Source of the DNA: Podarcis liolepis
Lineage: Eukaryota
Reading direction: 5' to 3' (one strand)
DNA: 64,000 nucleotides
Assembly: GCA_965112155.1 (NCBI GenBank)
Contig: OZ218098.1
In this document: positions 1 to 60,740 of the stretch, piece after piece
Layout of the letters: the number at the start of each line of letters is the position of its first letter
Position numbering within the stretch: the first letter of the stretch is position 1
Program-made: the position numbers and the translations under genes
The notes under the pieces: generated by a model
Databases searched by the model: none
What the model was told of the DNA's origin: nothing
Seen by the model: only the letters and a program-made list of their open reading frames with translations

Positions 1-796
1 TACTTTTCTGAATAGCGGGCCATGATATAAATTATCATCCTGCAAAGCTTTCCCCAATATGCTCTGAGCCCTTGGAGATATTGCAGCATTTTCATTTCTA
101 AAGATGTGGTGACTTATGAGATATTTAAAGGGAAGCTGCTCAACCCATTGTCACACTTAATTAACATAGGGTAGACATGGGAACTCAGTCTTGCTTTTTA
201 ATCAAAGGTGCAGCCACTTAGTCTTTTTAAAGTGAGGGTGGGGCAGAGTTATTCTTCTTTCAGAGTAGCCGATTCTTTCACTTCCACATGATAGTGTGCT
301 TGCATATGCCTTTCAGACCATTGCTGCTTTACCAGAATAAATTGCATTTTTATTGGCTAGCCCTGACTTCCTTAGAATTGGCAGCAGCTTTCAGTGGGTA
401 CTGGAAAAGTTACCTCCAGTCATTGGCTTTCAAGGCAAATGTTTACAAGCACTCTTTTTCTCTCCTTCCCGTCACTCTTCAGTTTTGCTACCCTTGAGAT
501 TTATTGCTTTCCGTGCTCCATTCCTTTATCATGGAAAAGTACTTTCCTCGGGTTCCTGTTAATCTTTATAGTATGTGTGATTGCTGCCATTTATGCTTAC
601 CCAAGCCATAAACCTTATCTGACCTGTATAGACTTGTTGAATTTCTTTTCCTTGTCTGTATAAATCAGACCTGCTGAATTTGCTTGACATATTCCCTTAA
701 GCTTTTAAAGAATAAAAAGGGAAACTTCTGAATGTCAGAAGTTTCTGCATCAGTGTCTCCATGAGGTTTAGTGAAGGTGAGGGAATAGCTATAGCT

Positions 797-1104
797 CAGG
801 GGTAGGCAACCTAAGGTCCATGGGCCACAAATGGCCCACGGGGCTTGTTTAACCGGCCCACGAGCCTCCCCCAAACCGGCGAGTCCCCACGCGCTGCTCT
901 AAACCAGCACAGAGCGGGGACTCGCTTCTGTGGCGCCGCAGAAGCCAAAAATCACGTCTGCACAGATGCAGACGCTGGAAATTGTGTCTGCACAGACGCC
1001 GGAAATCGCGGATGGGCGCGTTCACGCGTGCGCACGATCTGGCCTACAGAGGGATCTCCGCTGGAGTGAATCTGCCCAGGCAAGATAAACTTTGCTGACC
1101 CCTG
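797..1104. mobile_element. Non-autonomous hAT-type DNA transposon (MITE)
   Basis: TIRs CAGGGGTAGGCAA...TTTGCTGACCCCTG; 8-bp TSD ctatagct/ctatagtt. Confidence 0.85.
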
Positions 1105-1377
1105 CTATAGTTGGTCCTTGGTGCAAGCAGGAAAATATTTCCACGAGTGTGTTATTCCTCATGTATTCGTATAGCATTGCATGAATGTGTTGATTGTACA
1201 AGGAGAGGTGGAAGCTTGCATGCTTCCAGCTCCAGACTGGGGAGCTAAACTAGCCTTAAAATCTTCCTTCATTATTACCTTATGTTTCAGAAATGGTGGA
1301 GTAAACATTTATGTTTAACAACAACACCACACATAAACTTTAAACTCAACATCTCCTTGGGTGTCCTGTGAATGGCA

Positions 1378-1540
1378 GACCAGGAGTTTAAATCCCCACT
1401 CAGCCATGAAGCTCACTTGGGCCTGTCATCAACTCTCAGCCTGACCTGTCTCAGAGCTGTTGTGTGGATAATATGGAGCGCCATGTATGCCACCGTGAGC
1501 AACTTGGAGGAAAGGTGGGATAGAAATGCAAACAACCAAT
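1378..1540 (+). mobile_element. Squamate SINE (Squam3/MIR-like), partial
   Basis: aatccccactcagccatgaagctcact...ctctcagcct...gttgtgtggataa...ttggaggaaaggtgggatagaaat; homologous to inverted copies at about 15.3 kb and 16.8 kb. Confidence 0.7.
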
Positions 1541-3318
1541 CAAAGAATATCTTATGACAGAGATACTGTAATTAAGCTTGGACTGTGCCATCTTTCAAAG
1601 GTGCCCATGGAGCATGATACTGAGCCAGTGGACCTTGATACCTGTAAAATTGGTGACCTACAATACCACATTACATAGCTATACTTCTAAGTAGGTGGGA
1701 TTCTGGTCAGGTGTTGGACCCCTGGTTGAAATTAGTTCTGCTTCTTATGCTGTGTTAACAGATCTTTGTGGACTATATCAGTGAGCGATGTTTCTTCTGT
1801 CATCAGAACATATGAGGGCAGTGTGGCCTTCCCAGTTTCTGACAGAAAAGTTCTCAGTTAAAACAACGGGTCAGCAAATCCCTCTATTAAGACTGGATTA
1901 ACTGTACTTTTCTTCAGTGGGAAACTGCTACTTGAGGTTAAAAATCACTGCTTCAAGTGACAAGCGAAGGAATAGTAGCCATTTGCTTCTGAAGTTCATT
2001 TATGGAAAGAATATCCCTTCAGATCAAAGTCCTGCTAACTAGCATGTGTGTAAAAGTACAGCCTTCCTCAATTGTTAAGCTTCCTAAATGAAGAAGTTCT
2101 CCAAAGAATGTAGAGCAATGGCATGTTAATGAAGAGCCAGCAATATTATCTTGCTGTAATGATGGCTGATTGATAGCATCAGTAGAGAATTAATGAAAGG
2201 TTGTGGGAAGCAGACCCCCTTCTTCGGAGTAAGGGGTGAAATATCTTCTTCCTTGTCTCTAAGAAAGGTGATACAATTTTTGGACAAACGTTGGGTAAAT
2301 TGCTTTTCCCTCTGACAACATGAAAGATTCTAGAGAAATACTTTGCGCTTAGAAGAGATACCATAGCTGTTACCGGATTTAAAGTCTGCATCAGCCCAAA
2401 CAGCAGCAGAAACATTTTGTCTTGATTACGAGAAGCGTATATTTTATCCCCTTAAGCACTGCTTTGCTTGCCTAATAGGCAGGTGCCCTGACTTCCTGCT
2501 CATTTCCGAATCTCCTTAGTTGACCAGGGATGGAACATGAGACGCTGAGAGGGTCATAATCAGAGGCATGGATCCTGTTCTGGGTTTCTGAAACACATGA
2601 GTGAGCTATCACACGTGTCCTATTTTTAGAGGCACTCACTCCGTTTGTAGCTGCTTCCTTGTTTCTATTCTTGATATGACCACGTACCTTGAACATATCT
2701 CCTGTTTCAGGTACAGTATCATTATAATATCACTATAAGTCTGTGAGCATTTCAGCTGTGAGAAGGTGAAGGAAAAAATGGAAATCAGCACATGACAATG
2801 TTGGCTGAGGAGCGGCTGCCTTTTTTATGAAGCAGAAATGATGGCATGTGTGCACTGTGGTTTTGTGGAATATCCTTCTGCTTATCCCCTTTCTGGAATC
2901 AAGGGATGAGAGTAAACAGTTAGAAAGCCTATAAAAACCTGCAGGCTTCCCTACTTTATTTAAGTCCTCATATATCTGCCAAGCACACTGGGAATTGCCC
3001 AAATATGGGACCCATGCATATATGTGGGGGTGATGGGGAGATGGAGGTGTTGTAAATAGGATATTGCTGTAAGCTGCTCCAGATATTTGGCCGTGGAACC
3101 AACCCTTAGATTTCCCCCCGAATGATTGCTTTTCAGTCGTTGCTTCCAGTCAGTTGCATCTCGGGAATCTTAACACACAGTGGAATGCTGGGAGTGTGTG
3201 TGGTTCTTAGGAATATTCCCAGTGTCATTTTGCACTGCATTCATGCACATTAACGTGATGTTAGGTGTCCCTTGCTTTTTCTTACCTCTAAAGCGTGTCG
3301 ATTATTTTCTCCCTGCAG

Positions 3319-50878
<47,560 letters not shown>

Positions 50879-53800
50879 AGCACACAATGAGACGCTTGTC
50901 CCTCCTCTGTCACCTTTCGCACTGATGAGATAGGATCTTGCCCGCAATTCCAGGAGGAACTCAAAAGAGACTTGCCTCTGTGTCACACAGAGCCCAGAGA
51001 CTTTCTTTCTGAGAGGAGCCTGAGCTTAAACTGCCTTTGTGGCAGGTGGGAGACAACCTAGAGACTCTTGGCTCACTGTTCATTGATGTTTATTTATATG
51101 TCCCCTTTTGCTAGAAGCTGTGGTGTTGAATTCAGCAGCAGTTTTCCCAGCTGTGTCCGATGCAGCTTTCATTCAGTCTAGTGCACCAACTAGCCATGGA
51201 CTCCAACGCCACCAGGGAGGGATGAGTGTTTCCGAAGTTCCCTGCTCCTGATACAACTACCTTTCTTCAGAGTCTGTTGGCACTAACTAGGTTTTGCACT
51301 GTGCTCTTTCTGTCTTAAATGAAAGGGTTTGGGGCCAGGTAGAAGTGCCTGAAGTGAGAAAGGTGATGTAACAGCGGGTCACTTTTGCAGATACTTGTGT
51401 GGGGAGGGCAAACAACAGTTGCAACTTCACTGGAAGGGGCACTAAATTTCCATGACCATTTTTTTTAAGCTGTGGGGAAACACCTGCGAAATCCAACCTA
51501 GGGTGTCAGGAGTTCAGAGGGTAAAGCATTTGAGTCTGTTGCTGGCAACAGAGGTTGCTCCTGCCACAGTTTGGTGTGGCAGAATGCCCACTCCCTTCCT
51601 AAAACATACTTCTGGTTTTTTCAGATTGAACTTAACACATCTGTTCCCTGGAGGGACGGCTCGCTGTTTTTATTGCACTTCCCATTAGCTTTGACTTCCG
51701 AGGAAAGAGCCGGGTGCAATGGTATTTTATCATAACCTTCCTTAGTTAGTCAAGTCACAGGCCCATCCTGTGGAAATGTGTGCTACTGAAAACAACGTTA
51801 GCCTGTGGAACACAAGTGGGCAATATGTTTTATTTGTTTGTCTGTTTTGGAAATGGAATATAGGTGGTCAGCAGGTGTACCTGAAACATCAGGTGCAAGT
51901 TCCAGCTCCAACATGCTGCTGGACAAACCCAGTAGGGGACATTTTCTAAGCCTTTTCTTGCCAGCGTTCCTGATTGGAAGTTCTGGGCGGATGGGTCTGC
52001 TCGCACCTTCTTCTAGGATCTGCTGTGTGGGTTGAGTAGTGTGGTGTCAAAAAGTGGGTGTGTGCAATTTGAGAGATGATGAATGTGTGTGGCTAGGCAA
52101 AGGCAGGCAGACGGGGAGTCAGGCAGGGCACCAGAACTGTTTGACTGTGTAAAGTTCCTTTCCTCCTCAATGCAACTAGGTTAAGATTTCCATGCTATGA
52201 AGGGAGAACCAAGGCTAAGAAACTGCCTTTTCAAAATGTTTTGCAGGTGGTGGTTTGTGCAACCAAATACTTCCTCCGCCAGTTCCAGACATGATTTGGC
52301 AAGATAGCACTTACATTGAGGGAAGTCCTATTCAGAGCTGATAACCACATTATTTATTCTCTGGGAATATGCACCACTATCCCCCCACCTTGCTCCTGCA
52401 AGTGCCTCTCTTGTGATTAGTGCATGATGTATAGACTCTGCTTGTGTGAGTGTGACACTCTGACGAGCAGCACAGGTTCCCTGTGGCTAAACAGTTACGT
52501 GATCTGATTGCTTCCTCTCATCTAGTCCAAGCAGGGAGGGTGCAAGCATTAAAAAAACCAGCGATCCAACTCTAGCAACCTGCCCCCTTGCAGCTTTCCC
52601 TCTATAACAGGTCTATATTTCCGTCAACAAGGCAACCCTCCCCCTTATGTGTCTTGTTGAGTTAAATATTTTATTGCACACCTAAAACCGTGATACATGA
52701 ATATGACAATTGTGCATTTTTAATCGCATTCATTGAAGGAGTCCATGCACAAGAAAGCTAGGGTGGGTGATGCGTTTGTACAGTGGCAATTGTGCTGGTT
52801 GCTGCGTAGTGTGTGAAGCAGTTATAAGTAGTGCATCTTTGTCACAGACACCTTTTCTTTCTAGATGGTCCACAGAAGACATGTCGTGCTTCTGCCTGTT
52901 CCCTCTACCATCTCCATCCCTGCTCACCTCTGCTATTTCCATCATGTTTCTTTACATTTGCTGCTGATCCTCTGTTGCCTTCGCCCACACATATTGGGCA
53001 TGTTTGCACACACTCCGTATTGTAAAAACAAAACAGTGGAATTTTGGGTTGCAGCAGGAACGGTGCAAGCCATTCATGGTGCAAGACCAGCATTCCTGAC
53101 AATTAACCCCAACCTTTCCCAACTTGTAGCCGGGAAAACCTCTTTCTTTCTCATCTTGAGGAAGGTATAAATTGGAATTATTTTGGGAGCCGAGTTTTGT
53201 ATTTCAAGGAAACATGCATAAAGCTCTACTTCTGCAGCATCACACAGCAAAATCAACCTGTGCTTAAAAGTTTCAGTACTGTGAGCAAGTCTTTCTAGGA
53301 CATGTTTATATTCTTCCATCAAAGACACTCTCATTCTGACTGTTCAACCTCAGAACTGTTTTCCTGTTTTACCTGCTATTACTCTCTCTTCCTTTATTTG
53401 CATGTCATTTATTGTGCTTTGCTCTCCTAGCTATCCATGTGAACTAAGAGTTGCATTCATTGCTTTCTCTGCATCAGCAGAAAAGACTTTTCTCTGTGCA
53501 ATAAGACTTCACTTCCCTCTCTTCACCCTTGCATCCATTCAAAATCTGCCCCAGAGTTTGGGGGGATGTGGGGACTGTGGGAGACGAGAGAAGAATGTGA
53601 AGTTCTGTTATGCGAGCAGAAGTCCATTTGTGCAGTGTTGAATTCCACCCTAAGTCTCTCATACTTTCATAGAGATCCATGTATTGAACCACACCAGCTC
53701 TTGTGCCTGCATTCATAAATCCATAAGTGACTGCCCCCCCCCACCATGGTGTTTTACCATTTTCTCTACATTCTCTTCCTTCAGCCATTATTTTCCATTG

Positions 53801-55210
53801 GCATCTGATTCTGACCCATCCGAAAAGATAGAACTTGAGGATCGAAAATGTAAAAACGGCAGCTTAAAAGTCCAAATTAAACCAATTAGCTGTATTTATG
53901 TTATTAAAATCACTCATCTACAGGAGCCATCCACACTAGACTCACTTTATTTGGGGGGAGTCTGGTGAGGAGAGACAAAACAAACAAACCCTGTAAAAGA
54001 CAATGTGGAGAGCACTTGCAGGAAGGCAAACAGTTACACACCCTGCCTAGCCCACTGGTGATCTCTTGAAAAGGCAGTAGCATGACAAGGGACTTTGGCT
54101 TGAGGAGATCTCTCATTTACATCAATTACATCAGTTTCATGGGCCATGAAATGGTAATATGAACAAGGGCAAAGCCAAGTATAGCCCTTTTGAAAAAGAC
54201 AGCACTGGAGATCACATTGTGCTAGTTGTATCCTGGTGCCTTTTGTAGGAGGCTGGACTAGATCACTCTGGGATCCCTTGCTGTTGTGCATCCCTATGAA
54301 AAGTTGGTTAGAACTGAGGCTTGGAGCAATGTTGTTATTAGGCTTCCCCCTTACTTCCAGGGGAATATATTAGATTTTAATTTAAATATATTTATTTGGG
54401 TTGGCTCCAATGAAGCTTCGTCAGGCTGAAGGGATCTGTGGGGGTAGGGTAGCCCTGCTGCTGAAACCATGGACAAAATTAAGGCCATGTGCATTTGAAA
54501 AAAGAGTTTAGGAAAGATGAAACCAGACACTTGGCACTGGTGAGGGCCACCAGGCCAGGGTGAAGTGTTGAATATAGGCAGTTGCAATTAGAAGAAAAAA
54601 TATTAAAAATGGAGGCTGGGAAATAATTGAAAAATACTTGTCCTCTTACAAGTTCAGTAAATCAACAGAAAGAGTGCCACTGCCACTAATGTCTCCCCTT
54701 GTCTTTCTGCAACTTTTTATTGCATATTCCAGTCTACATAATGACCTCCTTTCTCAAACCCCTTCCCTTGACCCATCTGACCCCTAGCAGCCCTCATAAT
54801 GGCTGCAGAAGATTGGAAGAATGGTACCTACAGCTTTACTCCTACTTGTGAAGTAAGCAGCAATGAGATGCGCAAGCAGCCTTTAGCCAATGCTGCTGGT
54901 AATATGGGACTCTTCACTGCCAATGCTGATGAAGCAAAGTCTCATTGCACTTGGACTTTGCAGAATGTGGAAAGCCAGAAGTGGGGACAATCTCGCGAAC
55001 ACTGATTAACTATGTAAAAAGAACATCCTGCCTCTGTCTGTCTTGAGTTGTTGGCAGCAATTTCCCTACCTTTCTGTGTAATGGTTTTAAATGTTACTCA
55101 CTGGAGAGATTGGATTTCCCCTTTCCCCCCAAGTTATTTAACTACTATGCTCAGTATTTTAGGTTTGATGATAATTTAATATAAATTTAGCTTTTCTTAA
55201 TCGCTCTGCT
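50879..55210 (+). other. LRP4: LRP4 3'UTR (approximate end); candidate poly(A) signal AATATAAA at 55178-55185
   Basis: By eye there is no canonical AATAAA until 55784. The AATATA/TATAAA variant at 55178-55185 is followed by U- and GU-rich sequence. ATTAAA variants occur earlier (52548, 53876, 53903, 54602). The end point is inferred. Confidence 0.45.
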
Positions 55211-58200
55211 GGACTTGTGAGTTGTGAATCGCGAATGCTACCCAAACAGGCCACATGAAGGCTCATCTCGTTTGAAGAAGCGACAGAGTTGGGACCAGAG
55301 CAAACAGATCCCATCACACTCTCACCTTTGAAGCAACAACTGGTTTAGGATTTGGGTGAAAGCAGGGGAATGGGAATTAACTGTTACGAATATTACATAT
55401 GGCAGGTTATGGCACTGCCAAGGACTAACACCAGAAATGTCTGAAGCTCAAATTAGTAGGGTTGCTGCTTGCTTCCCTCTGGTATTAACTTGGCATTTCA
55501 TAGAGCCTATTACGACCCCATGAAGCTTAGAGGGTTTTTGCATTTCTCATGCTGGCAATTTAAATGTTTACAAATGAATCGCTTAGAATGTACACACTTC
55601 TGCTTCTTGTCCCTTACATTTCTGTGCTTCCCTTTTAGTTCAGTGTGTGTCCCTGTTTCTCAATATACTGATTGATCCCAGAATCATGAGTCATAAATCA
55701 AACCAAATTGAAAGTTTACAGTGCTTTACTACATTTCTAGATGAGCAGATTACAATAATTCAAAACGTGAAATGATTCTTACAAATAAAATGAGAACTTA
55801 CAGAATAATGACTAATTACCTTATTAGCTTCCTTAACAAATCTAAACACTAGTCTAATTTAAAAATAATTACTAACCAAAGTTTGTAGCTAGTTAGAAAA
55901 TTAATTTCTATTAACCTGGCCAAGATTGTTCCTAGTTACACACTCCACAGCTGGTATTGATGTAAAGAAGTCATTTTTAGTCCAGAAGCAATTATTTGAC
56001 CATTTTGGGGTCCATTCTATTAATGGACAAAACTATGACTTACAGCTTCAAACTTTAAACATCGAGTACCTAACTGCCCCAGACTAATTTTGTGGATTTG
56101 ATGACACCTGCAGCTGTATCCATAACTTGATGGCTTTTCCCCATCTGCTGGTGGTCAGCTTTGACCTTGGCAATGGTGCCTTTGGCATGACTTTTCTGTC
56201 CTGCCTTGCACCCAGTTTCTCAAGTGTAGATGTAAAATAATGTTCCCCCAAAGTTCAATATATCAGTAAATCAGCCATGTACCTTCTGTGCAGTGACAAC
56301 CAAAGAGGCTTTGTGTTCAAATGGGAGCAGTTTCATCTTCTAAAGGCCAACCTAAAAATCATATTTCGAGCACTTGACATCTAGCCTACATTCATCCTTA
56401 GATCTATACATTTCCTCACAGCAAGGTAGCATAGATAATGGCAGCATATATAGTTAAAAAATAGCAAAACTATGTGCCCCAAGCAGCATAAAATATGGTG
56501 ATGCATCATGTAAGACCCTTGGGATAAATAGCAAACATGATATAACAAGACACATACAGACACTGGCACAAAAAAAACCTATAAGCATGGTTTATATGCA
56601 GCAGATCCCTTCATTGGCCCTGTAAGAAGTATATGATCAGTATTCACAAAGGGCAAGTTGCAGTATCATTCACAGTATCATTTATAAAAATGTCCTCTTT
56701 GCTTCGATAGCCTTATGGTCAGATGTGGAAGACATTTTTATTAACATTATTTAGCCTGCATTTCCATCTACACACAAGAACCTCAAGACTTAAGCTTTTG
56801 TGTAGCTGCAAAAAGAACACTTGGTATCATTGGACTTTATTGGAATTTTCATTATTGTAGTTAATAAGTTTACTTACTGGGTATCAGATGAGAGGAATGT
56901 ATTTCTCGTGCCTGAGTATTCTTAATTTACTCTATAACATACAGCCATCTTAAAACGTTATAATCACTAAAAAAAAAGAAAAGAAAAAAGATTTGGTTTA
57001 CTCTTCGTAGCCTGCATATAAATCTTGAAATATCAACTCTACCCTTTGCAAGACTATTAAAATGGAAACAACAGTGGACTTCTCCCGTGCTGCTTAGGGA
57101 TGTGCATATCATTATCCAATGAGTTACAGATATTAGAAATAACTTCTTTTCTCCTAGAAGAGAAAGGAAAAGAATGCAAATATCCTCATACTTTCTTGGT
57201 TGGTCCCATTCCCTGGTAGAGTGGATAAGAATATTTCTTATACATACATATTGAAATAACTTTGGTTACTTCCATGTCCATGAATATGGACTATATGAGC
57301 AAAGATTCTGAATTATGCTGCTAGGTCATATAAACATTCTATTTAATTACAAACCCATATGTTTTAGTTGTTATAAAAACCAGATAGAATCCATGTTTGT
57401 TTAGGAAATACATTAATTTCAAAAAGGAAGCTTGATTAAATCTCTCCACCCTTTTCCTTAACCACTGGGAATGTGCTACTCCAAACACAAAGTGGAACTA
57501 TCAGCATATAATTCTATGTAAGAACACTGGCGATTCACTTATGGTAAACCTTTTACATCGCTGGTTCGTGAATGTGAAATGAGGAAACAGCAAAATGCTT
57601 CTTTCCAAACAGCAGGATTCAGCTGTGGGACTGGCAACAGTCCATTCCAGTTTGTCTAAAAGGGCTCATTGTTCTTGTATCTTGTTATATCATCCACATT
57701 CTGGCTGGAAAAAGCAGCTCTATTCATCCAGCTTTAGAAATTCTGCCATAGTTGACAAGGCTGTGCCTACCACCTACCAAGACAGTAATGGCAATTGCCA
57801 AACCACTTTACTTGGAGTAAACAGATTTGAATATTGGTACCAAGGAATCTTGAAGACGGTACTGTTCTTTCGTCTTCATATATCACCTTACTGTAAGGTG
57901 AAGTTGAAAGTTAATGTAGTCAAATGGTGTTGAGTCTGTAAAGCATTTTATAGAATTGGAAACACAACAATTCACATCTGTACCAGCACTGCCTTACACT
58001 CAAAAATGTTCAGTACTAAAACAGGTGAGGCACCCGTAACTACCTGATACAATTTCACTACAAGGCCAGAAGTAGGAGTAAAGATTGCCTGATGAGGTAT
58101 GTGTTAATTTAGAAGTCCTATTGTTTTCAACAGAATAACTGTATAGGACTGCAGTCTTAATGTGACACAATTGTAACATCTATGCAACATACATTGGGGA

Positions 58201-60419
58201 ACTGCTTATGTATCACACACTGAATTGCTTCATTAACTTTGGTATATACCAGTCTGCTATGGATTAAAAAATGCAAAGCAGGATCCACAAAGGGATATAA
58301 TACCTTTGTATCACTGCATACAATTATCTAATACCCTTCTGGAAGCTAAGGGAGACTCGGTACAGCCTAGATTCCTTCAAATTAGTCCAAAAGAAATTGA
58401 ATGCTAGAAGGCACATAGACAGAAGTGTGTTTGTTGTCTTGTCAATCAATCTTCTCTGTTCTGGAAGTCATATTCCTTGTTAACTTACCGATAAATACAA
58501 ATAGGCTGGAATCTTTCCAGCAAGGTGCCTCAACCCACCAGTCATGCCATAATCAACAGCTGATTCCGGTAAAAATGCCAACTCGTCATATAAAAAGTTT
58601 TTGTATCACCCAATTAAATCTGAATGTAAACATTCATGGGATAGAGGATATCCTTTTTAGAAACTGTTTTCGGAGTTGCTAATCTTAATTGCCTGCCCTA
58701 GGCTGATGATGGGCAACTTAATTGATTACTACCTAGGGATTCAGAAAACAGCTAAGATTTCTTAATGGACCTAACTTGCTCATGTTGATTAATTTCTACG
58801 CGGAGTAAAACCTAGTGAAGACCTCCCCCTAAGATTAAGAGGCAACGATAAATGTCTTAAAGCAGGGTGGGTGGATGCCGATAGGAGGTGGCTTACTACT
58901 TAATGGCATCCACTGAGTTCTATGGGATAAAGTTCAAGAAGGCAAAACTTGCATTTCAACAGTGGGATACACAGGGCATCCTTTATTTATCTCTGTCCCA
59001 CAATGTCTATTTTATTTTCTCTCATATAAGGGAATGGTGTCCATCATTAATCGCTCGCTGGAATTCAGCATTTTATCACTTTATTATATAAAGAAGCAAC
59101 AGGAACACACAAGTGGGCGGGAGAAGGAAGCAGGACACCGCTTTTCTTGGGCCCCTCCTGAAAAAGGCCAGGAGACAGGAGAGGAAGAGGCATGTTGCCT
59201 CCACTCCAGAGGCCTCAGAATAGCTTTTGGCTTGGAATAGCTTTTGGCTTGGAAGAAAGCTTGGAATTAGCAAGCTTTCAATTTTTTTCAACACTGATCA
59301 GACCATAAAGAACGACACCTTCAATTAGGGCAAAAAGAAGTGTGCAAACTTTTGAGATCCTCAAGACCCTTCAGCAGGCTGGATAATCTGCAAAAAGAAA
59401 TGGGGGAGAGGAGAGAAACGGATAACACTGGGTATATACACACACCACTATGCATGCATGAGTAGGGCAAAGGATAAGTCATGTAGAGTTTAAAAGTAAA
59501 TGTGTATATGACTGCCGCCTTAGGTTAGGCAATATTTGGTGCAAAAATGACTAGGTTGCACCAAAGACAACAGTGAGAGTGAAACATACAAACCGAAAAA
59601 CTGCTAGTTCTTACTATTCTCTGCACCGGTGGCCTTTACTTCAACCTGAAAGGTTTTGCACAAAGCAAAACTAGCCTAATTAGAACCCAATCCTATGCAC
59701 ATATTCTCTGAAGCAAGTGCTATTATGTTTAAGCAAGCTAGGATTGCTGTTTTAGTCTATGTAACATTTTAATGCTGTTTTTAAAATATTATTTTATTTA
59801 ACTTAATTATTACAAAATATAAGCAAAATATTGCAAATACATACATACATATATTTCCGATAAACACACATATATAAAAAAGAACAAAAAGGAAGAAAAG
59901 AAAAAAAATAAGGAGAAAAAGAAGAAAAGTTGGAAGAATTTCTTCCAAATTTATTCTACAAATATCTCAATAATAAAATTTCATTGATTGACTTCCATCG
60001 CTTACACTGCACTTCCTATATACATTTTAAGCAAGATTGTATCTGTTATTCCGTATTTTCCCCATACAATCTCACACAAATATTCTAATCCATAAGTTTT
60101 CTAAATCTTTCATAAATCTATTCTAAACACAACCAATACCTCACACTTAATCTTTGTCTGTTTTAACTTGGCGGACTTTTTCATCATGTCCTCTCCTCGC
60201 CCCTTCATTTGCCTAATCCAATCAGATAAAAGTCTCTTAAAGTTTACATCAACTGGAAAGCTTGCTCACTGCTCTGCGCTCTTTTACTGGCCCTAATACT
60301 CTTGTTATTTTTGGATCTCCCCCAATGAAACAACGTGGCTGCCTACAGTTGTGGGCTTTTTAAAAAGGTCTTTGGTATCCACCCCTTCAGGAAGGGAAGG
60401 TGAAGCAAGAATAAGACAA

Positions 60420-60740
60420 GCATGGCCCCTGACAACGTCATGAGTCAGGACGAAAGAACCTGTCCGCCCTGATCTTATTATTCTGTCCTGATCGTCATTG
60501 TTGTGACGGAGACGGCAGAGGCGGCGTCAATCCAGCTGCTCTGCTTAAAATACGCAGGGAGAAAATGGACTTCTCCGCTCGTCTCTTGATTGGCTGCTCG
60601 AATCTAGGAAAATGTCATCTGTGAAGCTTCCATTGGTCATCTTGCGCCGTCACTCAAAGCCTGCATGCTGCTAGGATGGCAGAAGGCGGCGGAAAGGAGT
60701 GCTCTTGAAAGACTGGGAGAACTGAGCGGGTGCAATAAGA
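60420..60740. promoter_or_regulatory. Promoter/enhancer-like CpG cluster (AP-1, CCAAT, PBX/PREP-like motifs)
   Basis: TGAGTCA 60441-60447; ATTGG at 60589 and 60632; CGTCACTCA 60648-60656; local CpG enrichment in an AT-rich context. Confidence 0.45.

Noticed and set aside
1-3318. LRP4 exon 1 or start codon
   Set aside because: No CpG island or signal-peptide exon with a phase-1 donor is visible. The region looks intronic, so exon 1 is upstream of the window.
59219-59265. 17-bp tandem repeat atagcttttggcttgga as a CRISPR-like array
   Set aside because: Only two full adjacent copies with no spacers, in a vertebrate genome: a simple slippage duplication.
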